Assembly (NCBI GenBank): GCA_046733175.1
Contig: JBKPOO010000027.1
Coordinates: forward strand, 2,583 to 66,582
Length of the DNA: 64,000 bases
Source of the DNA: Pseudomonadota bacterium
GTDB lineage: Bacteria > Pseudomonadota > Alphaproteobacteria > Sphingomonadales > Sphingomonadaceae
Reading direction: 5' to 3'
A program made the translations under genes and the position numbers. Within the stretch, counting starts at the first letter, position 1. Each line of letters opens with the position of its first letter. A model generated the notes under the pieces. It searched no databases. It was not told where the DNA came from and saw only the letters and a program-made list of their open reading frames with translations. Positions 51,958-62,009 of this stretch are shown here, piece by piece.

Positions 51958-54315
51958 ATGCCCAGTTTCGCTCGCGAGCTCGAACAGACCCTCCACAATG
52001 CGCTTGGCGAGGCCAGCCGCCGCCGGCACGAATATGCGACCCTGGAGCATCTACTGATCGCGCTGATCGACGACGAGCATGCATCGAAGGTGATGACCGC
52101 CTGCGGTGTCAGCCGCGACGAGCTGCGCTCGAGCGTCAAGCAATATCTCGACAATGAGCTTGGCGCGCTCGTCGCCGACAGCGCGACAGACCCGACCCCG
52201 ACCAGCGGCTTCCAACGCGTCGTCCAGCGCGCGATCCTCCACGTCCAATCGTCGGGCCGCGACGAGGTGACCGGAGCGAACGTGCTCGTTGCGCTCTTCT
52301 CCGAGCGCGAGAGCTATGCCGTGTACTTCCTCCAGCAGCAGGACATGAGCCGACTGGATGCCGTGACCTACATCAGTCACGGAGTCGGCAAGGGTGAAGC
52401 AGCCGCCGAACCGCGGGCTCCCGAAGGCGCTGAGGACAAAAGCGAGAAAGAAGGCGGGAAGAAGGAATCTGCGCTCAAGCAATTCACCGTCGACCTCAAC
52501 GACAAGGCCCGCATGGGCAAGGTCGATCCGTTGATCGGCCGCATGCCGGAAGTCGACCGGACCGTTCAGATCCTCTGTCGCCGCTCGAAGAACAACCCGC
52601 TTTATGTCGGCGATCCCGGAGTGGGTAAGACCGCGATCGCCGAAGGGCTGGCGCGCAAGATCATCGAAGGCGATGTCCCTGAGGTGCTCAAGGGCGCGGT
52701 CATCTACGCGCTCGACATGGGCGCCCTGCTCGCCGGCACTCGCTATCGCGGCGACTTCGAGGAGCGGCTGAAATCCGTCGTCTCAGAGCTCGAGAAAATG
52801 CCGCACGCCATCCTCTTCATCGACGAGATTCACACGGTGATCGGCGCCGGCGCTACGTCGGGCGGAGCGATGGACGCGTCGAACCTGTTGAAGCCCGCGC
52901 TCTCCACCGGCGCGATCCGCTGCATCGGATCGACCACCTACAAGGAATTCCGCAACCATTTCGAAAAGGACCGGGCGCTGCTCCGCCGGTTCCAGAAGAT
53001 CGACGTCAACGAGCCGACGGTCGAGGACACGATCAAGATCATCGCCGGTCTCCGCTCCTCGTTCGAGGGACACCACAACGTCCGCTACACGTCCGATGCC
53101 ATCAAGTCCGCGGTCGAGCTGTCGGCGCGCTACATCCACGACCGTAAGCTCCCCGACAAGGCGATCGACGTGATCGACGAGGTCGGCGCGATGCAGATGC
53201 TGGTGCCTCCCAGTCGACGCAAGAAGATCATCACGCCCAAAGAAATCGAGGCGGTCGTTGCCACGATGGCGAGGATCCCGCCGAAATCGGTCAGCGCCGA
53301 CGACAAGCAGATCCTGGAGCACCTCGAAGCCGATTTGAAGCGCGTCGTGTTCGGCCAGGACCTCGCGATCGAAAAGCTGGCGTCTGCGATGAAACTGTCG
53401 CGCGCGGGCCTTCGCGACCCCGACAAGCCGATCGGCAATTATCTGTTCTCCGGCCCGACCGGCGTCGGCAAGACCGAGGTCGCGCGCCAGCTGGCCTCGA
53501 TCCTCGGCATCCCGCTCGAGCGGTTCGACATGTCCGAATATATGGAGCGCCACGCGGTCAGCCGGCTGATCGGCGCGCCTCCGGGCTATGTGGGCTACGA
53601 CCAGGGCGGCCTCCTGACCGACGCAGTCGACCAGCACCCGCATAGCGTCCTCCTGCTCGACGAGATTGAGAAGGCGCACCCGGACCTGTTCAACATCCTC
53701 CTTCAGGTCATGGATCACGGAAAGCTCACGGACCACCACGGCAAGACCGTGGATTTCCGCAACACCATCCTCATCATGACGACGAACGCCGGCGCGTCCG
53801 ACATGGCGCGCGAGGGCATCGGCTTCGGGGCGTCGAGCCGCGAGGACGCGCAGGAGGATGCGGTCAAGAAAATGTTCACGCCGGAGTTCCGCAACCGCCT
53901 GGATGCGATCGTGCCCTTTTCTTACCTGCCGCCGGCGGTGGTCGCCCGGGTGGTCGACAAGTTCATCCTGCAGCTGGAGCTCCAGCTCGCCGACCGCAAC
54001 GTCCACATCGACCTCGACGACGAGGCGCGCGCATGGCTGGTCGAACGCGGCTACGACAAGCTCTACGGCGCCCGCCCGATGGCCCGGCTGGTGCAGGAGA
54101 AGATCAAGCAGCCGCTCGCCGAGGAGCTGCTGTTCGGCAAGCTGGTCAACGGCGGCGAGGTCAAGGTCCGGATCAAGGACAATGCCCCAGCCTTCGAGCT
54201 CACCCCTGCTCCGCCCAAGGCGGCCAAGGGCAAGAACGGCAAGGCCAAGGCGGACAAGGTGCCAGTCAAAGCCAAGCGGAAGAAGGCCGACGACGAAGCT
54301 CCGGCCGCGGAGTAG
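51958..54315 (+). CDS. clpA: ATP-dependent Clp protease ATP-binding subunit ClpA (with a Lys-rich C-terminal tail)
   Basis: 785-aa ORF with the Clp N-domain and two AAA+ modules (GDPGVGKT and GPTGVGKTE). Confidence 0.95.
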   Translation: MPSFARELEQTLHNALGEASRRRHEYATLEHLLIALIDDEHASKVMTACGVSRDELRSSVKQYLDNELGALVADSATDPTPTSGFQRVVQRAILHVQSSGRDEVTGANVLVALFSERESYAVYFLQQQDMSRLDAVTYISHGVGKGEAAAEPRAPEGAEDKSEKEGGKKESALKQFTVDLNDKARMGKVDPLIGRMPEVDRTVQILCRRSKNNPLYVGDPGVGKTAIAEGLARKIIEGDVPEVLKGAVIYALDMGALLAGTRYRGDFEERLKSVVSELEKMPHAILFIDEIHTVIGAGATSGGAMDASNLLKPALSTGAIRCIGSTTYKEFRNHFEKDRALLRRFQKIDVNEPTVEDTIKIIAGLRSSFEGHHNVRYTSDAIKSAVELSARYIHDRKLPDKAIDVIDEVGAMQMLVPPSRRKKIITPKEIEAVVATMARIPPKSVSADDKQILEHLEADLKRVVFGQDLAIEKLASAMKLSRAGLRDPDKPIGNYLFSGPTGVGKTEVARQLASILGIPLERFDMSEYMERHAVSRLIGAPPGYVGYDQGGLLTDAVDQHPHSVLLLDEIEKAHPDLFNILLQVMDHGKLTDHHGKTVDFRNTILIMTTNAGASDMAREGIGFGASSREDAQEDAVKKMFTPEFRNRLDAIVPFSYLPPAVVARVVDKFILQLELQLADRNVHIDLDDEARAWLVERGYDKLYGARPMARLVQEKIKQPLAEELLFGKLVNGGEVKVRIKDNAPAFELTPAPPKAAKGKNGKAKADKVPVKAKRKKADDEAPAAE

Positions 54316-54324
54316 CGTTCGGCC

Positions 54325-54795
54325 TCAGTCGTTGTCCTGGACTTTGATCGTCCCTTCGGAACCCTGCGCCGCCGGACGGATGGTGATGACGAAGGGATCT
54401 CCGTCCTTCGTCTTGCCCGAAACTGAGTCACCAGAGGCCGCGGCATCCATTCCTTTCGCCTTGAACTGATCGACGAAATAGGAGCGGACATCCTGCGGAG
54501 ATGCAGCCGCCCTGAAGGTGAAATCGACCGTGCCGCCCTTCTTACCGGCGTCGACGTTGAAGCCCGTGATGGTCCCGCCCGGAATCATCTTCACTCCGTC
54601 GATGTCGAAGTCGCTGTGGCTCATCGCCCCCGCTGGCAACTTCACCTGCCCGTTGGCGAACGGGACGTCGAACGTCACCTGACCGTTCTCGTCGGCTTTG
54701 ATACTGACGTTTTCGTCGCCATCCGCGGGGTTCTTCGAATGAACGTTGCAGCCCGCGAGGAGCGGAACGAGGGCGAGAAAAGCTGCAATCCGCAT
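54325..54795 (-). CDS. hypothetical lipoprotein
   Basis: 156-aa ORF with lipobox MRIAAFLALVPLLAG/C. Confidence 0.6.
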   Translation of the reverse strand: MRIAAFLALVPLLAGCNVHSKNPADGDENVSIKADENGQVTFDVPFANGQVKLPAGAMSHSDFDIDGVKMIPGGTITGFNVDAGKKGGTVDFTFRAAASPQDVRSYFVDQFKAKGMDAAASGDSVSGKTKDGDPFVITIRPAAQGSEGTIKVQDND

Positions 54796-54844
54796 GGGCC
54801 ACCTCCTGTATTATATAGGCAATACAGTGAGCCGGCGGAATGCG

Positions 54845-56068
54845 TCAAGTCGCCGCAGGCATTGCGACCCGAGGCTTGAACTCCGCCGCCTCCTCCGATC
54901 CCTTGGTAGCATCGCCTTCGCTGTAGCTGTGCGCTCCGGCACCGGCGAGATGGCCGCCCTGGACGATCAGATATTCCTCGCGGATCGGCCGCCCCTCGAA
55001 GAAACATTCGAGGATTTCGCGCGTGCCCGCCGCATAGCGCGCCTGGGCCGACAGCGACGTGCCCGAAATGTGCGGCGTCATTCCGTGATGCGGCATGTCC
55101 CGCCATGGATGATCGCGCGGCGCAGGCTGCGGGAACCAGACGTCGCCGGCATAGCCCGCGAGTTGCCCGCTCTTGAGAGATGCCGCGACCGCGTCGCGGT
55201 TCGCGATCTTCCCGCGCGCGGTGTTCACGAGGTACGCGCCGCGCTTCATCCGCGCGATCATCGCCGCGTCGAACAGATTCTCGGTTTCCGGATGGAGCGG
55301 CGCGTTGATCGTCACCACGTCGCAATGCGGCACCATGTCCGCCGCCGATTCGTGGAATGACGCTCCAAGCTCCCGCTCCACCTCGGCGGGCAGCCGGTAC
55401 CGGTCGGTGTAATGGAGGTGGACGTCGAACGGCTTCAGCCGCCTCAGCACCGCCGAGCCGATCCGGCCGGCTCCCACGGTACCGATATGCATCCCCTCGA
55501 TGTCATAGGATCGCGCGGCGCAGTCCGCGATGTCCCAGCCGCCCGCCTTCACCACCTCCCACGACGGCAGATAATTCCTTGCCAGCGACAGGATCATCAT
55601 CACCACATGCTCGGCGACGCTGATCGAATTACAGTAGGTGACCTCGGCGACCGTCACTCCGCGCTCGATCGCGGCCTGCAGGTCGGTATGATCCGACCCG
55701 ATGCCGGCGGTCACGACCAGCTTGAGGTTCTTCGCTTTCGCGAACCGCTCGGCCGTCATGTAGGCCGGCCAGAAGGGCTGTGAGATGACGATGTCGGCGT
55801 CGACGAGCTCGCGCTCGAACTCACAGTCGGGGCCGTCCTTGTCCGAGGTGACAACATATTCGTGGCCGCCCCCCTCCAGGAATTTGCGCAGGCCCAGTTC
55901 CCCGGAAACGCTGCCGAGCAACTCGCCCGGGCGGAAGTCGATCGCTTTCGGCGTCGGCAGGGTCTGGCCGTCGGGGTAGCGATCGATCCTCGGAAGGTCG
56001 TCGCGCGGATAGCTGGTGGGGTGGCCGCCGGCCGGATCGTCGTAGAGGACGCAGAGAATCTTCGCCAT
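54845..56068 (-). CDS. NAD-dependent formate dehydrogenase
   Basis: 407-aa ORF with MAKILCVLYDDPAGGHPTSYPRDDLP...GTVGAGRIG...PHISGTSLSAQARYAAGTREILE. This is typical of the Pseudomonas sp. 101-type FDH. Confidence 0.92.
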   Translation of the reverse strand: MAKILCVLYDDPAGGHPTSYPRDDLPRIDRYPDGQTLPTPKAIDFRPGELLGSVSGELGLRKFLEGGGHEYVVTSDKDGPDCEFERELVDADIVISQPFWPAYMTAERFAKAKNLKLVVTAGIGSDHTDLQAAIERGVTVAEVTYCNSISVAEHVVMMILSLARNYLPSWEVVKAGGWDIADCAARSYDIEGMHIGTVGAGRIGSAVLRRLKPFDVHLHYTDRYRLPAEVERELGASFHESAADMVPHCDVVTINAPLHPETENLFDAAMIARMKRGAYLVNTARGKIANRDAVAASLKSGQLAGYAGDVWFPQPAPRDHPWRDMPHHGMTPHISGTSLSAQARYAAGTREILECFFEGRPIREEYLIVQGGHLAGAGAHSYSEGDATKGSEEAAEFKPRVAMPAAT

Positions 56069-56170
56069 GGAACGCGCCTTTCAAGTTCGCTTTGGAACGG
56101 CACGCGACTGGGCCACGGCATCGATCGGCCGGTGGCCGGGATGCGGCGCCTCTATCAGCTTTTGGAAGGC

Positions 56171-56818
56171 TTAGGCAGTCGGCTTGTTTGGCTTGAACGC
56201 AAACCGGCAGGAGCGCTGGCCGCGGGCCATGCAGCGGCGGTGCTCGACCGCCTGACCGGACAGCGATCTCAAAAGCGCGAGGTCGACCTCGCAGATCGCC
56301 TGGTCGGCCATGGCGAGGTCGTGGAACACGCAATTGTGCGCCTCGATCTCGACCCCGGCGGCGCCCTCGACCGGATGCGACTCATAACCGAGGTCCCGCA
56401 TCAGGCCTGCGATGACGCGCACCCTCTCATTGGGGTCGGAGCCGATATCCGAACGCAGGCTGTCGGCCAGCGACAGGCCGATCCGACCCATGGCGACGCG
56501 CAGCTCCTCGGGGCCGAGATGGTGAGACAATTCCTCGAGCAGCTGCCTGGCGAGGAGCGCATATTGCCGCGGAAAGGTCCCCTTCCCTGCCGCGCTCAGC
56601 CGATAGCCCTGCGAAGGCCGGCCCTTGGTCCGGATCGAGGAGTCGCGTTCGATCAGGCCCTCGCGCTCCATCGCCATCACGTGCTGGTGCGCGGCGTTGC
56701 GAGAGATGCCGAGCGCAGCCGAAAGCGCCTGCACGCTCAATGGCTCTTCGGACTTCAGGAGAAGCTCGAGGATTCGGTCGCGGCTCCGGGCCGTCTCGCT
56801 CATCGTCAGCTCGTTCAT
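56171..56818 (-). CDS. winged-helix (ArsR/COG2345-like) transcriptional regulator
   Basis: ORF 56171..56878(-). M21 or M26 is the likely start. The HTH region is RSRDRILELLLKSEEPLSVQALSAALGISRNAAHQHVMAMEREGLI. Confidence 0.7.
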   Translation of the reverse strand: MNELTMSETARSRDRILELLLKSEEPLSVQALSAALGISRNAAHQHVMAMEREGLIERDSSIRTKGRPSQGYRLSAAGKGTFPRQYALLARQLLEELSHHLGPEELRVAMGRIGLSLADSLRSDIGSDPNERVRVIAGLMRDLGYESHPVEGAAGVEIEAHNCVFHDLAMADQAICEVDLALLRSLSGQAVEHRRCMARGQRSCRFAFKPNKPTA

Positions 56819-56927
56819 CGCCCGGGAATCTAGTGCAAATTCCAGCTTTGGCAACTTTGTAATTGTTAAAGTTGACAAAGTGTCGTTTCAGTCCGAAGAG
56901 TCGTTTCCAGAAAAGGGAGGAAACATC

Positions 56928-57281
56928 ATGCTGAAACTTGCGATTCTCGTCTTCGCGATCGGTGCTGTGGGCGGGCTCGTCATGGCCACGCGAGTCCTGC
57001 GCGGGCAGCTTGCGTCCTGGGCGCTGTCGCTGCTCCACGCAGCGCTTGGAGCAACGGGTCTCGTGCTCACCGCGCTCGTCGTTCTCGGCAAGACGGCCGA
57101 CGTCGCGAGCATCGTCCCGATCGCGCTCCTGATCCTGGTCGTCGCGGCGCTCGGAGGCTTCTTCCTCGCCTCCTTCCACGCGCGCAAGCAACTGCCGCCG
57201 CGCGGCGTGGTCTTCATCCACGCGGGAGTCGCGGTGATCGGTTTCCTGCTGCTGTGCGGCGGCGTCTTCCAGCTCATCTGA
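56928..57281 (+). CDS. small integral membrane protein (4 TM)
   Basis: Tail of ORF 56625..57281(+) from ATG 56928 (SD AAGGGAGG). The sequence starts MLKLAILVFAIGAVGGLVMA... Confidence 0.6.
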   Translation: MLKLAILVFAIGAVGGLVMATRVLRGQLASWALSLLHAALGATGLVLTALVVLGKTADVASIVPIALLILVVAALGGFFLASFHARKQLPPRGVVFIHAGVAVIGFLLLCGGVFQLI

Positions 57282-57291
57282 GGCGCCGCAT

Positions 57292-57738
57292 ATGTTCGGC
57301 CACCCGCTTCACCCCGCGGTCGTTCACTTCCCCCTCGGACTGCTGCTGTCCGCCTCCGCCGCCGACTTGGCGTGGCTGGCTAGCTTCACGGACGACGTGC
57401 ACATCGGGGCGGTGCTGATGGCGGGCGGCCTCATCATGGGCCTGGTCGCGATGGGCGCGGGCATGGTCGATTTCACCAGGCTCGACCAGGCCGTCGTGCC
57501 CCACGCGCTCCGGCACATGTCCGCCGTGGGCATCGCATGGACGGGCTATGCGATCGCGCTCTACCTCCGCCGGGATGCATTGATGGGCGGAACAGAACTC
57601 GGCTCGGTCAGCGTGGCGATAAGCCTGGTCAGCGCCCTCCTCCTTTCGCTCGGGGGCTGGCTGGGCGGGCGGCTGGTCTACACCTTCGGCGCGGGAGTCT
57701 CGAAGGACCGGCGCGACCGCACATCAGAGTTGCTGTGA
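57292..57738 (+). CDS. DUF2231-family membrane protein
   Basis: 148-aa ORF starting MFGHPLHPAVVHFPLGLLL... Confidence 0.7.
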   Translation: MFGHPLHPAVVHFPLGLLLSASAADLAWLASFTDDVHIGAVLMAGGLIMGLVAMGAGMVDFTRLDQAVVPHALRHMSAVGIAWTGYAIALYLRRDALMGGTELGSVSVAISLVSALLLSLGGWLGGRLVYTFGAGVSKDRRDRTSELL

Positions 57739-57817
57739 GCTCCCCCGTGGGCAATCTAAACTTCGTCTGCATTAAATGATAAGTTAACGAGTCGCGTTTG
57801 CTTGGGGGGCTTGTAAA

Positions 57818-58975
57818 ATGCATATTCGTTCGCTTGCTTCAGTCGCCGTTTGTGTTGCCGGTTTGGTTTCGATCCCTGCGTCCGCGCAGGAGGCAAGTGC
57901 GGAGGCGCCCGCCGGCCGCCGGATGGCCATCGCCAATCAGTATCTGTGCCAATTCGACAGCTCGGTCACCAAGGCGAACGTGCACGCCGAGACCGGCAAG
58001 GCCATCGGCCCGGCGCTCGGCCAGCTGCTTTTCGTTTACGAAAATACGATCCGCGGTTTCGCGGTCCGGCTGCCGGCCTCTCCAGGCACGCAGAACGGAG
58101 CCGCGCTCCTGCGGGCGAACAATTCCAAGATCAGGCGGTGCGTGGCTGACGGCGTCGTGCGCGCCTTGGCGGCCCCGGGGCGCCCGGGCGGTGGCGGCTC
58201 CGGCCAATCGATTCCATCGGGAGTGAAACGAGTTGGCGGTCCCGGCGACGGCTCCGCCCTCGCCAACCGGGCCTGGGTGATCGATTCCGGGGTCGATCTC
58301 GATCATCCGGACCTCAAAGTCGACCTGACCGATGCTCACGACTTCATCGACGGAGACAATGCGCCAGAAGATGGCTTCGGCCATGGTACGCACGTCGCCG
58401 GAATCATCGGCGCTTTGAACAACAGCATCGGCGTGGTTGGTGTCGCCGCGGGGGTGCGGATCGTGCCGCTGCGCGTCCTGGACAACACCGGGTATGGAGC
58501 GGATTCGGGGGTCACGGCTGCCGTCGACTATGCCGCTCCGCTTGCGGCGCCGGGCGACGTCTTCAACCTCAGCCTCGAGGCCGACGCCATCGACCCGATC
58601 ATGGAATCCGCGATTGCCAGCGCAGCCGACCAGGGGATTTTGGTGACCATTGCGGCAGGAAACGATTCCGGGAGCGCGCTCTTGCACAGCCCCGGTAGGC
58701 TCGAGCACGCCGGTGTTTTCACAGTTTCGTCGTTTGGCGCCCGCGACACGTTTTCGCGATTTTCAAACTACGGAAACCCGCCCATCGACTTCGCCGAGCC
58801 CGGGGAGAGCATCCTTTCGACCTACAAGAACGGCACGTATGCGACCTTGTCCGGGACTTCGATGGCGGCGCCCCACCTCGCCGGCTTGCTGCTCCTCAAT
58901 GCGGCTGGGCCGTCAAGCGGAGGAGTCGTGAAGCGCGACCCCGACGGCAATCCCGACACCATCGGCGTGCGTTGA
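57818..58975 (+). CDS. secreted S8 (subtilisin-like) serine peptidase with an I9-type propeptide
   Basis: 385-aa ORF with a signal peptide and the catalytic triad motifs VIDSGVDLDHPDL, HGTHVAG and GTSMAAPH. Confidence 0.9.
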   Translation: MHIRSLASVAVCVAGLVSIPASAQEASAEAPAGRRMAIANQYLCQFDSSVTKANVHAETGKAIGPALGQLLFVYENTIRGFAVRLPASPGTQNGAALLRANNSKIRRCVADGVVRALAAPGRPGGGGSGQSIPSGVKRVGGPGDGSALANRAWVIDSGVDLDHPDLKVDLTDAHDFIDGDNAPEDGFGHGTHVAGIIGALNNSIGVVGVAAGVRIVPLRVLDNTGYGADSGVTAAVDYAAPLAAPGDVFNLSLEADAIDPIMESAIASAADQGILVTIAAGNDSGSALLHSPGRLEHAGVFTVSSFGARDTFSRFSNYGNPPIDFAEPGESILSTYKNGTYATLSGTSMAAPHLAGLLLLNAAGPSSGGVVKRDPDGNPDTIGVR

Positions 58976-59166
58976 ATGGCCGTGGGCTGGTTCAGAGAAG
59001 AATCCGTCGGCTGCTCGCATGTGACGGAGTGGGTGCAAGGCGGACGCTAGCTCCACGCGCTTTACAGAATCATCGCCAAGTCAGCTATTGAGAGGCTCGT
59101 CCGGGGGCGGACGCGGCTGGCCAATCGAAAAAGAGCCAGGCCGTCGATCATTGAAAGGGGGGCTGG

Positions 59167-59919
59167 ATGACGGTCCACGACCGCAAGGGGCTGGAACGAT
59201 ACAACGACCTGTATCTCTGGATGATCATCCCGATGGCGATCATGCAGATCGGGATATTCCATGATTATTGGGGTGACCTGACCGAGAACGCATGGGCGGT
59301 CCATATTCATTATTGGACAGCGACCCTGTGGTATCTCTTTCTGATCCTGCAGCCATATTATGCGGCTCGCCGGCAATTTGACCGGCACCGGACAAACGGG
59401 ATCATAGGATTCTTTCTCGCGGGGGGCGTGGCACTGACGGCGCTGAGCGCGCTGCACCGCGACATCGTAAACGCTGACCTCTCGGCCCGGATGCGCGATC
59501 AGTTCGGCCCGTTCGAGCCATGGTTCTTCTACGGCATCGCGACCGTAGAACTGGTCATGATGTCTGCCTTCATTGTCGCTGTGATCCAGGCGATCCGTCA
59601 TCGACGTTCGCTGCACGATCATGCCTGGTGGCTCATTTCGACCGTCTTCATCATCATGATGCCCTCCCTCGGTCGGGGAGTCGGCGTCCTTTGGGGGATC
59701 GTCTTCGGGCGGGATGATCCCGGACAGCTGGGTTACTCACTTTATCTGACCACGGCGATCATCATCGCTTTGCTGTTTTGGGCTGCGACCAGATACGGCC
59801 GGGTCAATCACCCCGCGACGTGGCTGGCACTCGGAGCTAACCTCTTCAATCTGCTCTTTGAACCACTGGGAAAGTGGGAATGGCTACAGGGCGTTCTAAG
59901 GATGATGATCAAAGGCTAG
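59167..59919 (+). CDS. hypothetical polytopic membrane protein (Trp/His-rich)
   Basis: 250-aa ORF with about 6 TM segments. No family recognised. G+C is lower than background (one 60-nt line hand-counted at about 48%). Confidence 0.55.
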   Translation: MTVHDRKGLERYNDLYLWMIIPMAIMQIGIFHDYWGDLTENAWAVHIHYWTATLWYLFLILQPYYAARRQFDRHRTNGIIGFFLAGGVALTALSALHRDIVNADLSARMRDQFGPFEPWFFYGIATVELVMMSAFIVAVIQAIRHRRSLHDHAWWLISTVFIIMMPSLGRGVGVLWGIVFGRDDPGQLGYSLYLTTAIIIALLFWAATRYGRVNHPATWLALGANLFNLLFEPLGKWEWLQGVLRMMIKG

Positions 59920-60722
59920 CGCACGTCATCCATGCTGCCTTGAAAAGGATTCCTGTGGGGGTGCACGCAAGGGCGCCACTGAAAACCACGTCTCCTGTCG
60001 GAAGCTTGATCATCGGCAATCCAGCGATCGATCTCGGCCCTGTCGTTCCAGCCGAGGGCTTTCATGGATTCGGCCAAAGGCGCCACGCCATTGAAACTGA
60101 ACATGAACCTGCTCGTGTCGAGTTCATATAGCGCCTGAAACATTCGCGTGCGGGATTCCGGTGTCAGTTCCTGGGGAAGCGACAGTGCAGACACTACGGC
60201 GGCGGCGCGGTCTTCCCGATCCCTGTTGCGGTTCAGGAACTCAATCTGGCTGTAAACGCCAACCAACTGGTCAAAGCGCTTTCGGTCCATTGGAGCGAGC
60301 GCGCCTGTGGTGAGCGCCGAGTTCCAGGCCGCGGTTGAGAGGACGTCGTTGGGCCGCTGGTAAACTCCCGGAACGACCGTCTCAACTCCAGTCGCTTCGC
60401 TAAGCTGAATCTTCAAGAGGGCGTTCTCGGTGATGCCCGCCCATCTGTTGCCACTATTCAGCAACATGGACTTCAGCAATTGGGCTCGCTCGAGATGACA
60501 TTTGCTGATCGCCTCCCGCCAGATGAGGGTGGTCAATGCCGCTCGTACCTCGTCGTGGATCGCATCCTCCGCTGCAGCCATGTCGCTCATGGCGCGCCGA
60601 TGCTCAGCCCAGCCCTGAAGCCATAATGCGATCAATACGCCCGCGACGACGACGACGAGCTCCATCGTCCAATGACCAATGGTGCGCTTCTGATCGCCCG
60701 TAAGCCTGCGCAAGAACGCCAT
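59916..60722 (-). CDS. hypothetical membrane-anchored protein
   Basis: 268-aa ORF with a single N-terminal TM (MELVVVVAGVLIALWLQGW) and a soluble domain of unknown family. Confidence 0.5.
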   Translation of the reverse strand: MAFLRRLTGDQKRTIGHWTMELVVVVAGVLIALWLQGWAEHRRAMSDMAAAEDAIHDEVRAALTTLIWREAISKCHLERAQLLKSMLLNSGNRWAGITENALLKIQLSEATGVETVVPGVYQRPNDVLSTAAWNSALTTGALAPMDRKRFDQLVGVYSQIEFLNRNRDREDRAAAVVSALSLPQELTPESRTRMFQALYELDTSRFMFSFNGVAPLAESMKALGWNDRAEIDRWIADDQASDRRRGFQWRPCVHPHRNPFQGSMDDVR

Positions 60723-60819
60723 GCCAGTGCCCCCCGGCTACCATCTCATCAGGGAACCTGATGCGCAACGGCAGTCAAGGTATCCGCAATGAGTGGAAAG
60801 CAGACATCAAAGAGCAAAG

Positions 60820-61764
60820 TCACCAAAAGCGCTGGATGGCAATCGCGGGGATGACGGTGGACGGCGTGTTGTGACCCTTGGGGATGATCCACACGCCGGC
60901 AATGATGCCCGCGCGGTCGCTCCAATTATATTCCACCGCCGGCGCAAAGCCGACGTTCCAGCTCTTGGGCGACGTCTGCCGAACCAGCGGGCCGTCGCCG
61001 TCGCGGCCCTCGACCTTCGTCCGGCCCCAGAAATCCGCCTCGACGTCGAACGCCAGTACCCACTCCTTGGTCACGCTGTATTCCGCGCCGAAGATCAAAG
61101 TCGTCTTGGAGCCGGGCCGGGCATGGCCGCGAAAGTCGGGCCCTGTCCCGAAGACGCTTCGTCCGGTTACGTCGTGGCGCAGGGGAAACTGCTGGAGGAC
61201 GTTGATCCTGCCGCGCAGCAACCGGCCGTTGTCGAGCAGGAAATATTGCTGGACGTTGATCCCGATTTCCGGTGCGAACGAGCCGCTTCCGTGCCCCTGC
61301 TTCAACGCGCCGAGATGATCGTCCTTGCCGGTCGGCAGGACGAGATTGGTGACGAGCGCCACGCTCGGCACTCGATGATCCGGAGCGAAATTCGACACCC
61401 GGACTTGCGACAGCAGCTTGAAGTCACCGATCGCGATGTCGCGATTGTGCGGCTGGGTTCCCCAGGAGAAGAAGGGCTGAACCCCCACCGTCCAATTGTC
61501 CAACAGCCCATATTGATAGAAGCCGCTGGATCCCGGGCTATGCTCGCCGCCCGAGATGGCGTCGAAGAAATAAGGCTCGGTGTAGAAATGGCCCTTCGGC
61601 AGGGTGTTCGCATTGGAAGCGAGCAGTGGACCCGTCCATCGGGCATTGTTCATCGCCTCGCGGTAACGCTCAGCGGTCGAAGTGTCTGACGCCGTCGCGG
61701 CGCGCGCTGCACCCGGCATCAGACAGACGAGTGCGATCGCAAGGGCCGGCAGTACAAACTTCAT
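60820..61764 (-). CDS. outer-membrane beta-barrel protein (possibly MetA-pathway/phenol-degradation-like transporter family)
   Basis: 314-aa ORF with signal peptide ...PGAARA/AT, alternating beta-strand pattern and a C-terminal aromatic residue (...IAIQRFW). Confidence 0.55.
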   Translation of the reverse strand: MKFVLPALAIALVCLMPGAARAATASDTSTAERYREAMNNARWTGPLLASNANTLPKGHFYTEPYFFDAISGGEHSPGSSGFYQYGLLDNWTVGVQPFFSWGTQPHNRDIAIGDFKLLSQVRVSNFAPDHRVPSVALVTNLVLPTGKDDHLGALKQGHGSGSFAPEIGINVQQYFLLDNGRLLRGRINVLQQFPLRHDVTGRSVFGTGPDFRGHARPGSKTTLIFGAEYSVTKEWVLAFDVEADFWGRTKVEGRDGDGPLVRQTSPKSWNVGFAPAVEYNWSDRAGIIAGVWIIPKGHNTPSTVIPAIAIQRFW

Positions 61765-62009
61765 CGAACGGCTTTCCCCCGACTATCGATTCGCTGGCCG
61801 CAGCTAGGATGTGGCCGCGACCGAAGTTTCCAGACCCGACTCTGCAAATATTGATGGGCCACTGGCATCGGCTTCCTCATCTTCGCCAATAAAATCTGGC
61901 GGGGCGGCCATAAGGGTGATCGCGGGCTAGGTCCGCCGTTCGTCGACAAGCCGCTTGCCGCCTGCCGCCGAAAGTTGAATGCTGAAAGCTCATCCGGAGG
62001 GGACTTCTC

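Noticed and set aside
54845-56068. A possible selenocysteine or in-frame TGA recoding in the formate dehydrogenase.
   Set aside because: This is the NAD-dependent, metal-free FDH type with an uninterrupted ORF, so no recoding is needed.
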